A DNA stretch of 64,000 nt. Origin: Obrimoposthia wandeli. Taxonomy: Eukaryota. Each line of letters starts with the position of its first letter. Within the stretch, counting starts at the first letter, position 1. The notes beneath the pieces are model-generated. The model was not told the DNA's origin, searched no databases, and saw only the letters and a program-made list of their open reading frames with translations. Both the position numbers and the translations under genes were made by a program. Location of the stretch: positions 868,001-932,000 of the forward strand of contig CDROCS010000465.1 in the NCBI GenBank assembly GCA_977020255.1, written 5' to 3'. Shown here piece after piece: positions 21,082 through 35,790 of the stretch.

Positions 21082-22494
21082 CCAGTGTTACCGGAAAACT
21101 CCATACCTCTCATTCGTCAACTTGATGCACTCGCTTGGAACTGTTTTGAATCCACAACGATTTCATTTTAGAGCATTTTTGAAGTGTAACATTTCAAGTT
21201 CCGGAGTTGTGAGTTTCTGGCTAGTGGTAGTAAATCATCTCCATACACACACACACAGGAAACGCCTTTGAAAGTAAATACTGTAAATTCACAATCATCT
21301 GCAGTTGGCATTGCATCTAGCACCAAAAAAAATTGTGTGTTAAAATTGACTCTAATTTGTGTACTTCAAACCACTTTTTCCTCAAAATAAAAATCTGTCT
21401 CTAACGTTTGCGTATAACCTAAATCAGCAGAATAAAATTCGTCCACATAAATTACAGCTATAAAACAAACGTTTCTCTAAGAAAGTTGTAAAATTTGAGA
21501 ATTGCAATAAACAAGATAAATAATATTCAGAAAATGTTTTTGTACATATTTCTTGTTTATTTGATTCATACACAAATTTGTCTTCATTTTTGAGTAAAAA
21601 TTGTGGTCAAAGTAACAAAATCCAGAGTCGACTTGTTTTACAGTTACTACCTAAATCACATTGTGGTTGATCGAAAATTGAATATTTGGTGCTGTGTGTG
21701 GTGCTAACTGTAGGTTCTCCCAGATCAGAAATGATAGGAAAGTCGTAAAAGTAAGTTACGTAAATTCCAAATTTTACAGTGCCCGCAAATACATGTACGG
21801 CTGATTCTGACCGTTTTCCTCACATCAGCATCATCGAATGAACCTCATCCTCGGCACATTCTTCCCTTTGTGTGATAACCGGGTATAGCTTTAAAAATAT
21901 CTTTCAGAGGTTGTGTCAATGGTATTTATTTTACAATGATGAAGTTTGGTTCTCCTAATTCTAACCCCAGTAATAGTGTCTTTTATTTTGAGTTTTATGA
22001 CTTAGATCTATCAACAAACACCCCGCTTCATACTTCTATCCATCGTTGTCTTCTATAATGAGATGTTTCTTTTTCTTTATTTACTCCAATTCTTTAAGTT
22101 TATTTGTTTAGTTAATGATTATTTGGTGCCTCTTTGTTTGCATAATTTTGTCGGCTTTCTTTAATCGAATATCACTATCTCTTTCTCACATGAAGAAGAT
22201 GTTTACTATTTCAGTTCTATTCCTCTGTACGGTGCTGTCTGGCAGCGCCTACAGAACTGTGATTAATATCCTTTAGAATCGTGTTCAAACTTTGTTGTGT
22301 CAACCTGACGCTGGCTGTATATACTCCCGCTGTATGTCGGATCGTCGATCGACATGTGTACAATATTAGTCTCTGTTTAGTATATAATTTATTGGCAAAT
22401 ATGTATAGATTCTTAATGTGTTTTCTGTCTGTGTTTTTTGGAGGGATAGGTTATGTTCTACTACGTTCGACATTATCATATGATCCGTTTGAAC

Positions 22495-23600
22495 AGTAGT
22501 TCTCAAACTTTGTACAAAAGTGTGGCGGTATTACAATTTTGAATTATTCGCGGCCTCTTATAAAATTAGAGACTTAACACAAAAATGTTATTTAAACAAT
22601 TATTCATTCAAAAATAAGAAGTGGTAATATTCACAGTACATATTAGTAGATCAGTGCACCTGCTTGGCCTTCGCTAGTCTTTCTACGTTTGGCTGTGTTT
22701 TGGATAGTGCAACTATACTACTACTAGTGCAAGTCCGTTTCAATAGTTTGTTTTGATATTTCATCATGTGTGGTTGCAAATAAAATCATCTTTGTGATGT
22801 CGTTATAGTGCTGCACCATTTCAATAAAAAACATAAATTTCAACACTCGGAATCCAGAAATATTGCACCTTACCCCTATTAATAAGCAACGCAACCATAC
22901 AAATATTAATGCAAAAAGAGTCAACAGTATTATATGATATATTTTCATCTCCATACATTTAGATGTTAATGTAACTAAATCATTGTAATTAGATGAATGA
23001 TCATTTTTTAGAATTAGTTTCAAAATTTTCACGTAGTTACTATAAACGAAGAAAAATGTTATTTGAATTTTTGCTGATTCATATGTAAATGCAACGTAAA
23101 AATATTTGAAGTTGAACAAAATTGTTTAAATTTTAAACAATTAATTAAAAGTTATTTAACATCATATGACCTTACTTGCTGACTATATTACTTACTTGTA
23201 GTGGCAGTAGTCAATGACAGAAGAAAGGATTTATAGTGTGTCACCTTTGGACAAGTAAACCGAACTCAATAACTTGTTAAATTCCTATCAGAAGTAGATG
23301 TTAGAACTCCGACACAATTGTTACATACGACTTGTCGCAGACGAATCCGAAAAGTTAGAAACAAATTATTTAATAATTATTTAAATGACATAAAATGCAT
23401 TGGTAACTGATCAGCAAAAAGATCACGAAAAAAACTAATTTACCAGAGGAAAATTGTGAGCGATCAACGAAATTACATTTTAAAGACAATACTGATCGAT
23501 CGGCCTTTCTCAATAATCTAATTAAATTGGAATTGTACAAAAATTTAATTAACCTCTTGTATAACTTTCCCTTAACTTAAGCTACATCAACAACCTGACA
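22495..23600 (-). mobile_element. Decayed hAT (Charlie-like) element
   Basis: TIR-like CAGTAGTTCTCAAACT at ~22497. The minus-strand KMILFATTHDE resembles LLPFATTYLCE. Confidence 0.4.
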
Positions 23601-25900
23601 CGTTTGCAGCCCAAATTCATTTATAAGATAGTACGACTAGCAACTATTTCCAAATTTTGCTGATACATGGGATTGACTAGTTTTATTGATTGTAACAGTC
23701 TTGATTTATAAATATTATTGTATTGAACACATTTGTTATTATTTGATTTTTGAACCGTATCATTGCTATTAAATATACTTCGTTTGCTTATAATTGTTTC
23801 AGTTGTAAATCAAACGTGATTTATATAAGAAGCTTTACTTATTCGTATAAAGATAGTGCGTTTGCAATAATCCCAAATCAGGTATGCGTATCCGAGATAA
23901 ACACCAGTGCTTTGTTGTATTCACTTCAGATTTGAGATGAACCAGGTTAGATCCTCCTGCAAGAGCTACAATTTTAATAACTAGCTAGCTAGAGGCCTAC
24001 TTATTTAGTTGTAACAACTCTAACCCGAACACAAATAATAAATAAAACTCGAGGGATTTGACAGATATTATTTAATTAAGTAGTTTTGATATAATGACCA
24101 ATTATGAATCTAATGTGACAAAAACAAATCATATATCAAAATTCAATGTATCTTTGTTCTGTTAAGGTTCATATTTTGAGGTTAATTAAACAAAATTGAT
24201 TATGGTTGTAGTCTTTGCCAACAATAAATTAAAGTACAAATTAAGATAGTAACATAGAAAATGACTCAGGGAGAGTTAATTAATCGCATGTGACTAGGAT
24301 GACTATATTAGTCAGTCACCTGAGGCATACATTGTGAGTTGCATAAAATGAATACTGACAAATGATAACTCCCTCTCAAAATTACTAATTTCCATTGAAC
24401 AATTTATCTGCCTAGACGAATGAACAATGTTAATGCCTAGACGAGAGTCTGGGTTGATTCTCAATGCAAAGTTACTATTGGAGTAACTATTAGACGACAT
24501 AAAATTTACCCTATGAGATAATACGTGAGACAAATACTTTAAATATATTTAAAATTTTTAAAAATTTCTTTCTTTACTGAAATACATATATTAAAATCAC
24601 AGACATGTAACGTTCCTAGTGTCCTTTAAAATCAACTTTCCCATTAACTGAGTAACCCAAAATGGTGCTCGAAATTAGCATAAGACAGTTTTTTTTACAC
24701 AATACACTTTTGTGTTACAACCTATTACTTTTTAAGGAACTGAGTCATTTTCGATGAAGAATAGCGAATGAGTGCAGTTGCTGTAAATTTCCTACAAAAA
24801 TTATCTACAAGTTGATTAACATTATCTAATTGTGAATAAATCGCATATATGACTGCCAAATTTACCTTCAGATTTGATAAAAAATTCTGGTAGGCCCTAC
24901 AGCAAATCATATCTTTAAGAATTCACTAGTTAGAGACTTCCATATGAAGTGCAACAACTCTAACCCCAACGGTTGCATCATAGTAATGTTGGAATTACAT
25001 TATCTAGAAAAAATCTGGTGACAATTTTACTTCTACATATTTAGATGATTCTGTAACAAATTCTGTATAATTAAATTAACTTTTTTTTTTCATTATGTTT
25101 TAAGAGTTAATGGAAAATATTACTTTTTTAACATAGAAGCCCGATTTCATATTTTTCTACAAAATAAAATTTAGTATCTGTTTAACTGCACTTTGAAATA
25201 TGTAGCTTATTCATATCGTTACAAAGTACATCGCTATGTTCTAACTCTTTTTTATCACATTGGTCCATTTAATCTAATCAAAATATACCAAGAAGCCTCT
25301 ATTTCTATTTTTTTACAAAATGTTTAAATAAATAAATTGTTTTAATTGAAGACATAGAAAATGTTATTATACTTTCATTTCGCAGTATAGCACGTATTTA
25401 TATAATTATAGTTAAAATTACTTAATATTTATTTATTAAATAAATAAAATTGGGTTTCATTACAATTTCAATATATATTTTTCTATTATATATTCATCTG
25501 ACAAAGAAAATTGAGCTGCTGCAACAAAAGCATTGCAAAATCATTGAAATCTTAACCTTATTAAATTTGGTGATGCTAATGCTGAAAAATAATGTACGAA
25601 AAATAATGTTGAAAATGCAGAATAATTAAGTGAAAATTCTAAATTTGAAAGCAGTTTATCAAATTCTAAATGTGAAGCAGAAATCCCTAAAAATTCATAG
25701 TTCCTATTTTTCAAATAATCGTTATATGCTCATAAAATAGCATTTCAAATTTGATAATAAAAGTACATGATCTGAGGGCATTGCTTATAATTTGTTCACT
25801 TAAATCAAAAGCATTTAAAAAAAAAAACTCTCAAAATTGACTTGATAATTAATTACAAATTATTCACATTGTGTTACGAGCAATAAAAATTCGATGAGGA

Positions 25901-27069
25901 TAATGGTTTCTCAAATTGAACTCAAATTGAACTCAAATGAGAAAATAATTATTATAAATATATTATAATTTCTAACAGTAATATAAATCTGTAAACATTA
26001 CACTTATCTACACATTCAAAAACCTTATCAGACAGTTTATAACAGCATTGAAATGCATATGCTAGAATATATGTTGCATGTGACCCTGTCAATATCAAGA
26101 CACTTTGGGTTCCTTTAATGAAGTTTTTTGCAAGTTCCGGAAGAGTTGCGTTTGTCATGGCTTTTATTTCATTTGAAACATTGTCTTTTAAGTAATTCAA
26201 AGTATGTGGGTTATTGGCATAAACACAATCTTTGAGCAATCCCCAAAGATTAAACTCCATTGGAATCCAGTCTGGTGAACGCAGAGGGGATATTTCCTTA
26301 TCGATTGCTATGGCACAAAATATTGCTTGAGGACACCATGAGTGACATTAACAGAGAGAGCAGTCCAAACTTCAATTTTCCGTGCATCCAATTGTTTTTG
26401 AATAAATTATGTGGATTGTCAAAGACCCAGTGTTGAGAATTATGCGAATTCCTATATCCATCCAAGTAAAAACATACCTCGTCTGATCAAGAAGTCTTCG
26501 TAATTGTCTAAAACTCCTAAAAGCCAATCACAGAACGTAGTACAGTTGTCATAATCAGCTTAATTTAAAGAATATATGACTGTTGATTTGCATGAACAAA
26601 TGCATATCATTTTTGGTAAAATACAATATGCTGTAGACTTAGATGTGTCAGCTTATTGGACAAGCTACAAAATGATCGAAGCATATTGAACTTCTACTCA
26701 TATCCATTCATTGAATCCCGTGTCAGTATTTCCATTAAGATCATTTAATGCCGAACCCGTACGACAAAATTTGTTCACCAGTCATTTAATCATTGAATCA
26801 GCAGGTATTGCAACATCTGGATATAATCGAGAAAAGTCCGTTGAAGCACCTAAATAACTGTTAGATCTAAAATAAGTATCCACTAAATAGACTCACTGTT
26901 CTGTTGTGTGATGGACCATGATATAAAGTTATGTAACTGAACTATATGAATATTTGAATTTAAACTAAACTGCATGCATTTAAATTAATTGTTTTTGGTT
27001 ATAGAGGTAAACTAAACTATGTAAAATCTAATTTATATGCCACTTGCGTTTAATTTGGGAAACCCTGTA
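25901..27069 (-). mobile_element. Decayed Tc1/mariner element with both TIRs
   Basis: TIRs TAATGGTTTCTCAAATTGAACTC and GCGTTTAATTTGGGAAACCCTGTA. N-terminus MVHHTTEQ...LVNKFCRTGSA; C-terminus PLRSPDWIPMEFNLWGLLKDCVY. Confidence 0.8.
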
Positions 27070-27532
27070 CTTCGATAGTATTATAAAAAATACAATAAAA
27101 GATTTAAATAAAATTGAATAAACACTTATCAATTTTTATTGCTTATTTTTGTTAAAATTTTTATCAAAAATTGTTTGAATTGATTTTTATTAATAAAATA
27201 GGAAATAGGAAATATTATACATAATAATAATCAACTTCTTGATAAACTATAATTAAGTATACATACAAAAAATTAAAAGCTTAAATTTATTTGAATTTCA
27301 AGTAAGTACAATTGATAATTTTCGTAAAACAGTTCATATCAACATTTAAATTTATTTTTTATTATTGAGTTGTTTTATTAGGTAATAATCCCAAATTTTG
27401 GCCTTGTCGCAAAATATAAATACTAAAAATTAAATCTTTTCGTAACTACTTTTTATAAATTAGAATTAATTTTTATTGTAGCATTAATTAAAAAGTGTTA
27501 TGACTCTTTCGACTAAACTTTCAAAAAATAAT

Positions 27533-30500
27533 ATGGAACCAGCCTTTAGAAAGAATAGCTGTGTTAAGCGCTCTGCTCTTTTAAAATTATCAAACATTTT
27601 CTATACAAATTATCAAAAATACAATCGAAGTTCAATTAATTCAACGGATGATTCATTGACGAGTCTTAATTGGCTGAATGTGAGTTATTTTTGACTAGCA
27701 TAGATAAAATAATAAATCTGGTATTAGAATCTCGACATATCAACTGAAATTGAGAACTCCTCGTCCTCTTCGTTGCCGTCGGAACAGTTTTACAATAACT
27801 CACCACTATTGTTACCAGAACCACTGAGTGAGCAATTTCCAGAAAAGCTGTTGGCAGAAATGCAACAAGAAGGCCTTTTCGACCCAAAAATTCGATGCGA
27901 CTATCGTCAGTCGTGGGCTAGCAAACCGCCAATCTCATACACAATCCTCATCTGTATGGCGATTATGGAGCTGCGTCAAGAGAAGATAACGCTGTGCGAG
28001 ATCTACGACTGGATCCGCGCCAACTTCCTATATTACCGAACCTCTGGTACCAGTTGGCAGGTTAGTTAACTTCATGACGTTCTTTGTTTGATTGTCACGC
28101 AATTTTGTGATATTTTTAGTTCATTACTTTAATTGTTTTAAGGGTATAACATTCCAACCCCGAAACATGTATTTGCAATAATGGTATCTTCCTATGAAAC
28201 GAAAATTGGGATTTTTGTATGAAATAGTCTCATTCATATAACTTGAAAATTCTGTTGACAGCGATATTCGTGTTCACTTTGTTTGACTACCGGTTTTTAT
28301 TGGAGAATTGGTTCAGATTAAGATAAACATCATTCGGATTTCATTTAGAAAGGTGTAAAAATGTACAAATATTATTTATAATCGGGAAAATTGTATTGAC
28401 AAATGAGTGAAGATACTTTTATGATACTTTGTGTTTCTTTTCCGTTTAGATTTTCAGTAGATTTACCTTAATTTGCATACCATTTTCTAAAGTTAGCTGG
28501 CGTTTCAGTAGATTTAAAAGACCATACAACCATGCTTGCAACTGCAGTGATTGAGCCTTTTCAGCTGCGTTTGGTCACGCTTAATCGACAGTGATTGTGC
28601 AATTTTCATCAGAGATGCTTGTGTGTAATTGCTCATTGTTACCACAATCTCCTCTTCAATCTCCATGATGACGCAATACGTACGTGAGCAGTCGTTCTGA
28701 GCATGTTGTGACAGGTCCATCTCTATATTCGAGAGGTGATTACAGGGGTTGTCTCAAAATTCACGAATTGTCTATGATAAAAGCAATTTTCAAATTTAGT
28801 TAATTTTAAAGAAAACCACTTACTACGGATAATAGTAAACAATATATGTATATTAATTATTAATTAACTAAGAAATACTGAATGAGAATTTTTAAAGGTA
28901 AATAGCTAAATATCAGACAAATATAAAATAGTAAGAGGTTATATGAAAATATTTGTTTCCAAAAAGGATAAATACTCTTGAAACCTTGAATGAGGGTCAT
29001 TGTAATTATTTTAGTAATGCTTTTACTGGCAAATTTACAAATTTATCATTTGCAAAACCTAGCCTGTTGCTTTAATGCATAAAACAGCTGAATTCTAAAA
29101 ACGGGTACTTCTCAAAAAAATTTAATCAGTAATTTTATGCGAATTTCAACTTTTATAGGGTCAAAGATTGGAAAAACAGCGTCATGGCGATGATTTGTTG
29201 CCCAACTGTTCGAATATGTGGCCCCGACAAAAAAATCTTTCGGTAATTCCCATCTTTTCCGTGACACAAATAACTCTAGACGCAGGAAATAGTGGACAAA
29301 CTCCTTCGATGAATTCGTTATCAGAGATGCATTGACTATGCTGGAAAATATGTACAAACCGGCGTCAGAGAGGAAAAAAATGATAGCATTTATCCATTAA
29401 TTGTTAAAAGTATTTGTTTGTCTTGATTAAGACTGACTGCTGCTAACTCCTAATGAGGAGAGCGACATTGTGTTTGGCTGCAAGAAAAATCTGTAATGTA
29501 GATTGAAACATCTCACCAAACCTCCGTCAAGAAAATGACATAATCTATGTCGTTGAGGCTTTCATAACACGTCAAGGTGGGTCTACGAGTGTTGAAAACA
29601 AAGTTATAACCGAGTACAATCAATTATATTGTCAATATGACTATTTAATTAATTCTTTAATAATTTTTTTGAAAAAATTGTAATTATAAAATCATGTATG
29701 ATTCCGTCTGTCGCATGAATATATCTTTTAGTTTTAAAATAATATAATGATCCCACATTATTTAAATGCGCATTCAGACATTGATTTACAGGATCTTTGA
29801 GAGTGGAACTTGCTGAGACGCAATTTATTGTATCTTCATGTAGATGTCACAGGAACTCTTCAAACTGCTTTTCAAATACTTTAAAAGTATTTAAATTCTT
29901 ACAATTTATCATACATTAAGGGGTAATTTGTCGTAAAATTTACGCATCAGACTTCAAATATTTTTTTTTCATGTTATTTTAGTCGAAGCTTCAAAATTGA
30001 TGTGTATGTGTGACTCTCTTCTTAATTTAAAATACTTATCTGTCAGTCTTTCTTACTAATTTATCTTCTATTAATTACAAATCATTAAATATTATTTATT
30101 TTCCGAGTCATTGGCGTGTCTGTATTGAATAAACCATAAACCCTTTTAATACATATTCTACTTTCTCTAATTGTTAGAACTTTAATACAAGACGTAGCAA
30201 TTTCAAAGGGTTTTTATTTTCACCACCTTATTCAGTCATTGTTTGTTATTTATGGTGGACGACACATATTTTTTTGGAAAATTTATCCTAAAGTCGAACA
30301 ACTGATTTCCCGCATTTTATCAAACTGATAAAGCAATTCAGAGCTAATGTCTCTCAAATCATCTACAGTATCAATACACCCTTTTTCGTTTCTTCAAGAC
30401 CAACTCCATTGGAAGTCAGAACTCATATTCTTTTTCCCGTCAGAATTCTGTGCGACACAATTTGTCGTTGAAGAAGTGCTTCGAGAAAGTTGACCGACGC

Positions 30501-33500
30501 AAGGATGAGCGCGGAAAAGGCGGATTTTGGCGAATAAACCCCAGCTATACGGAGAATTTGCGCACCAACCTCATCAAGTACCGGCGCCAATTCCAAGTCT
30601 ACTCCAGCGTCCCGGCCACCACCACGGCAACGAGAAGACCGCCTGCCACTTTCACCACACCGACCTTGAAGTCCACGCCCAGACAGTCCTCGATTGCTAG
30701 TTTAAAACCGATACTATCGGAGTCGGAACCGCAAATGCGGAGGCTAAGACAACTAGGACAGGTTTTTCAGCAGCAGTATACACAACCAGGCAGTTTGGTG
30801 GGACAGGTGAGAAAGAAATTATATATCAGGGTTTCTCAAATGGGGTTCTATGGGGAAAAATCTTTCATCTATCATAATAACTATTTTAAAATATTGTAAT
30901 GATAACAAATAAATATAGCGCTAATATCTAAAGATCTTCCGTTTTTTTTATTCTTCCTAATATTTTCTGAATGGTAAAGTTTTCAGCTGTTTCTTGAATT
31001 TTTCAACATTTACAGTTTCTTATATTTATCGGCAAATTGTTGTAAAGATCAAGCAAATAAATTTCAAATATTCCATCACTCTGTTTGTTATTTGAATATT
31101 TCCTAATCACTTTGTAGTCATAATTGTTGATCCTAAGATGCATATACATGTTCACTGCATCAGGCTCGAAAAGATCATATACATATTTAAGCTTTTGTGA
31201 GAGAAAACATTTTTTGATAATGAGTATGATCTTGAATTCAATTCTGGTATTGATCGACAGAAATGAAGCTTCATTGAATGTTCACTTGTATTAGCACTTT
31301 TCTTTAATTTGAATGTAATTCTGACGGCTTTGATTTTTTTCTTTCAAAGGAGTTGAAATGATAATCTGGAGTATTAACTAGTAAATCTTTCTGAAAATCA
31401 AGTCTTCAACACTTCAGAATATCACGTTCGATTTGAGGATAGAAAATTAAAGTCGAATTTCAACAAAAATATTCGTTTTTAAGTACAAAATAATTTTAGT
31501 AAATTGGATATTAAGTTAAAAAGAGGATTTTATCTGAACTAATTCCAGTGTATTTAATTTCAACTCTTCCGTAAAATGTTATGTTAGCTGTGTTAAACGT
31601 TACAACTTTGATCAACAAGTATTCAAATAATTTAATAGAGCAAAATTGAAATAATTTTAGATAGTTTACTCTCTATTAATAATAGTAAACATTTTATTTT
31701 AAATACTCTTTTATAACGAAATTGTCAATTGTAACATTAAAACTGTATTTTTAATTGTTTTTATTCATATTTCCAATTTTTTATGATGTTTGAAAATAAC
31801 ATTTAAAATTAAAACTACATTGAAATAAACTGAAAAAAAATTGATTTTATTATCAACTAATAAAATAATTGATAAAATGTTCATTTTAAGTTTCATTCGG
31901 ATCTTTTTTGTATCTTCCGTTGAACGAGTTAAAGAAAACGCATATTTTCATATTTAAATTAAAGAATGCAATTAGAAGTTTTCATTTCAAACCCAATAAA
32001 TTAGATCTTCTGGCCCTTTGTCAGAATCCAGTAATATTGTTTAGTTGACAGAAAATGATTACTATAGAAAATAGCCTTAATTTGTTTTGTAGGTATACGA
32101 TAAAGAATTACAATTGAACAGTAATTTTTGTGCTTTTAAATATATTGCTAATATCTAATTTTCTTTTTTCTTTAATCTTTTAACATTTGTGTTATTTTAG
32201 ACGTTATTTTGATATTTGCCTACAAATACAATTTTTCATTTCGGCTATGCTTCTTTTAGTCCTATATTTGTCTTTAATCAATTTTTGAGTTTGAGCACTT
32301 CTCGGAAAATACAAACTTCTTTAATAGAATTTGATTTTTAGTGGTTCCTTGATGGTATTAAGAGGTGTCGATTTTCGTAGAATCAAATGAAAGTAACATT
32401 GTAAAGTTCAAATTATTTGTGTGTAAGTGTTCATTCAATTTAAAAATAAGATGTCTCGCATTTGAATAATGAAAAACGCAAATTTATTACTGAAATAAAT
32501 GTAGTAGAAAAGCTAATCCTCATTTTTGTTAGGAATACGAATCTTTTGTATAAAATCAGGTATTAAAATATATATTTAAAAATTCTTTATAATAACAGTG
32601 TAGAAGCATAAATTATTATAGGGAAATTTTTTAAACATAAAAATTGAAAATTTTCACTTTATATTTTTAAACTTTTAAGTTACTTTGACCTCAATTTTTC
32701 ATTACTTATAATATATAAAAAAAATTAAAAATGCATACAAATTTAATTATTGTTACCATATAATAATCAATTCCTTAATTGAGAAAAGCTTCTTTCTGCA
32801 GCACATGTTGTAGATTGACATTTTAATAACCTGTTGTGTATTTCGAAAGATAAGTTTAGACTTTTCAATGTTAATATACTTTTAATATCATTATTATCCA
32901 TCCTTTTCAATATATACTGTTTTATTTTGCGCGAATTATTCTCAAAAGTTTTATCTAAGTGTCAAGAAGCTTGAGAAACATTATACGGCGTGTTAGGAAT
33001 TTTCAAAAAAAAAAGAAACTTTACGAAGTCTTACATTCTAATAAAGTTCTACCCATCAGCATTTACGGCTATTTTGATCTAACTGCATATTTTTTGACAT
33101 TTTTAATTCTAACAATTAAAATTAAAAATAGCCTTACTTTTTACATAAAATTTGAAACAATATCATATCATATTAGTTTTTATCTGTGACTGCACCTTAA
33201 ATAACTCGTAGACTATAGTTAAAAATATAATAAAACATGTTTACAAAATAAATTATAACACTACTTAATCTTAAAAGATGAGTGAAACTTTAAATCGAAG
33301 ATAAAATTATTAAAGCCTTTAAAATATGCAATTTTGAGGTTGGAATATTAACGCTTGTTTTGTTTGCTTATAATGGTCAGTAGTCCAATGCTATTAAAAT
33401 TCTTTGCCCATTTTCAGATTATGGACAAGGTGATGCTAGAGAATCCCCAGGAAGAGATGACGCAGCGGGTAAGGAGTGTTTACAATTCATCGATTTGCTT

Positions 33501-35150
33501 CCGTTCCCGGCAGCAGGAACATAAGCTGCCACAATATCATCATCATCAGCAGCAATACCATCATCATCATCATCATCAGGAGCAACATCATCCTCATCAT
33601 CAGCAGCAACATAATCAGTTGCTGACCACGAGCGCGGCACAGCAGTTCAAGTTGCCCCATATGGAGAACTACCACACCGTGGAAACGAGTACACGCGTGG
33701 TCTCACAAGTCAGTCGGTTGCACACCAATAACTGGTATCCACAGGACCGCCAGCTACTGGAGCAGCAGTGGGACTTCAGTATGTACAATGCGCCGCTCAC
33801 AGCTTCCACTGAGTCCTCACTCTTCTCCTCGCTGGCGGACTGTAGCTCCTATGGACCGAGGCTTTCTCCCCAGGTGGGTACACATACACACAAACAACTG
33901 CACTCCGTCTGATCGATCAAACTGAGCATTAAATCTATAATATACTAATCTAAATTACGACCAAGAGAAATTATCGAAGGTGAAAATCACACTTTTATAA
34001 TATTTCAAAAATTTCTTATGTCTCCTAAAACAAATTTTGCTCTCAATATTTATTGTTAAACAAATAAATAAATAAGAAGATAAATATGTAAATATATTTC
34101 TTAAGTTATGTATGTAATCCAATGTTAAAATTGAAATGAATAATTACTATTAAATATTGTATTGAATAATTTTGAAGACATGCATTTTCCCCAATTTTCT
34201 TAACATCAAAAGCACTTCATTAAGTAGATTTATTTGCATTTTAAAATTATTTTTAAATAGCTAAATTTCTGAAACTTTTACAACGTAACACTTTAACATA
34301 GCGTATGAGAAATATTTGCTAAATATAAGGATTTGTGATTTCTGCTTCGATAATTCCCTTGTTAGTTTAACATAGCAACTCGATCTCAAACTTCAGATTT
34401 AAAAAATACCTCCTCATATGTGTCTTATAAGTTCTTACTTAGTTAAAGAAGAGAGAGAAAAGTCAAAAAAAAATGGAGAAATAATTTCAGTATATTTTTC
34501 AATAAAAAAACTCCAACAAAGTTTGGAAATAGCCAAACTACCACTTAATCGTTATGTGGATCACCTAGGTATCCATATGTTGTTTGATTGGTTAACTTTT
34601 AATCATTATTTTAAATATGGGTGCCAGCCTTAGCCTAATTGTATTTAATCGCGATTTTACATAATTTTAATTGACTTTCACCCATAACGTATATTTTTGG
34701 TTGGTTCATCCTAATTCCTTTAATGTAATGAATCAAACTGTTAGGAGTGAACAATATGGTATTTTTAAAACGTTTCATAAATCATTAAACCAATTAAATG
34801 GACTTATATGACGCATGGCTTAATACAAAATGTAACTGTAGAAATGTACAATTTTCCGTTGAATACTTATCCGATTTCAGGCTGACTTTGCTTCTTCGAC
34901 TTCGTCCTTCGACACTGACTTGAGCGGAAGCTACGGTAACAGTGCTTCTTCCTTGTTTCTGGCAACATCAGCGGACACAGGTTGTCATATAGCCAAGAAG
35001 GAGGTGCTCACCAATGATCAACAGCAAGTGTTCTCCACCTGCACAGAAGACAATGTCAACTTCAATCTCGTCAGGGAGATCGAAGAGTTGCTCTATAACG
35101 ACGACGACGAGGATGTATTAAACGACAATGCCTCACTCATGTCTATGTGA
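27533..35150 (+). CDS. FOXJ1: Forkhead transcription factor, FoxJ1-like; exons 27533-27679, 27728-28060, 30444-30806, 33418-33873, 34881-35150
   Basis: FoxJ1-type N-terminal [10 protein letters not shown]. Forkhead domain [14 protein letters not shown]...[18 protein letters not shown]...WQ|[16 protein letters not shown]...[10 protein letters not shown]. All four introns are GT-AG and phase 0. An alternative ATG lies at 27500. Confidence 0.88.
31130..31410 (-). mobile_element. L2/CR1-like LINE fragment in FoxJ1 intron 3
   Basis: Reverse-complement similarity to 15960-16210. Confidence 0.6.
33520..33615 (+). repeat. Coding CAT/CAG repeat (poly-His/Gln) in FoxJ1 exon 4
   Basis: [27 protein letters not shown]. 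Confidence 0.85.
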
Positions 35151-35439
35151 AGTCAGTCTCAGCACAGAGCCATGTTTGACCACACTATACCCTACAGATT
35201 CTGAGGACTAATGTACAGTTTCTACGTCTTTCGATTCACTTACTACTTCCACACCCAGATTAATGCTTTTAAGCCATCCTTATTTCCTTTGATTGTTCTA
35301 TTTTCTCAACCCACACAGAATGATTGTACGATCCCCAAGCTATCCGTGTTGACCGGTGTTTGTCATTGTAATATATATTGACCGTGTTTTATTTGTTTTC
35401 CTTCTATGATGCAATCACAAACAAACACAGAAATCTAAC

Positions 35440-35790
35440 CCAATTATACTGCAAACATCTCATCAAAAGGTTTCAAATTAAAGAAAAGTGCTAGTCAAGT
35501 GAACACTGATCTTATCTCATTTTCATTGGCTGCCGATGGAATTCCAGATCCTACTTATTATCAAAATATATATTTTCTCACAAAAGCTTACAAACAGTTA
35601 CATGATCTACTCCAGTCTGATGCAGATTGATTAAGAAATTCTCAAATAAGAAGCAGACTGATAGAATATTATAAAGCTATGCTTAAATCCATCAATCAGT
35701 TTTCCGATAAATATAAGAAACTGTAGCAGAGTTGAGAAATTCAAAAATCAGAAAAATAATATGAAGAATAATGAAAAACTGGAAGCACTT
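35440..35790 (+). mobile_element. L2/CR1-like LINE 3' fragment running directly into the satellite
   Basis: AAGTGCTAGTCAAGTGAACAC...CATTGGCTGCCGAT...AAATATAAGAAACTGTAGCA, homologous to the other copies. Confidence 0.65.

Noticed and set aside
20643-21271. Overlapping ORFs around the zinc-finger exon
   Set aside because: By-products of a GC-rich exon; only the 20668 frame has fingers and a matching splice phase.
24660-24960. Additional Tc1/mariner N-terminal remnant; TIR-like sequence also at 28742
   Set aside because: Short similarity only, with no paired ends.
33419-33675. Minus-strand poly-Asp and poly-Met ORFs
   Set aside because: Antisense of the CAT/CAG coding repeat in FoxJ1.
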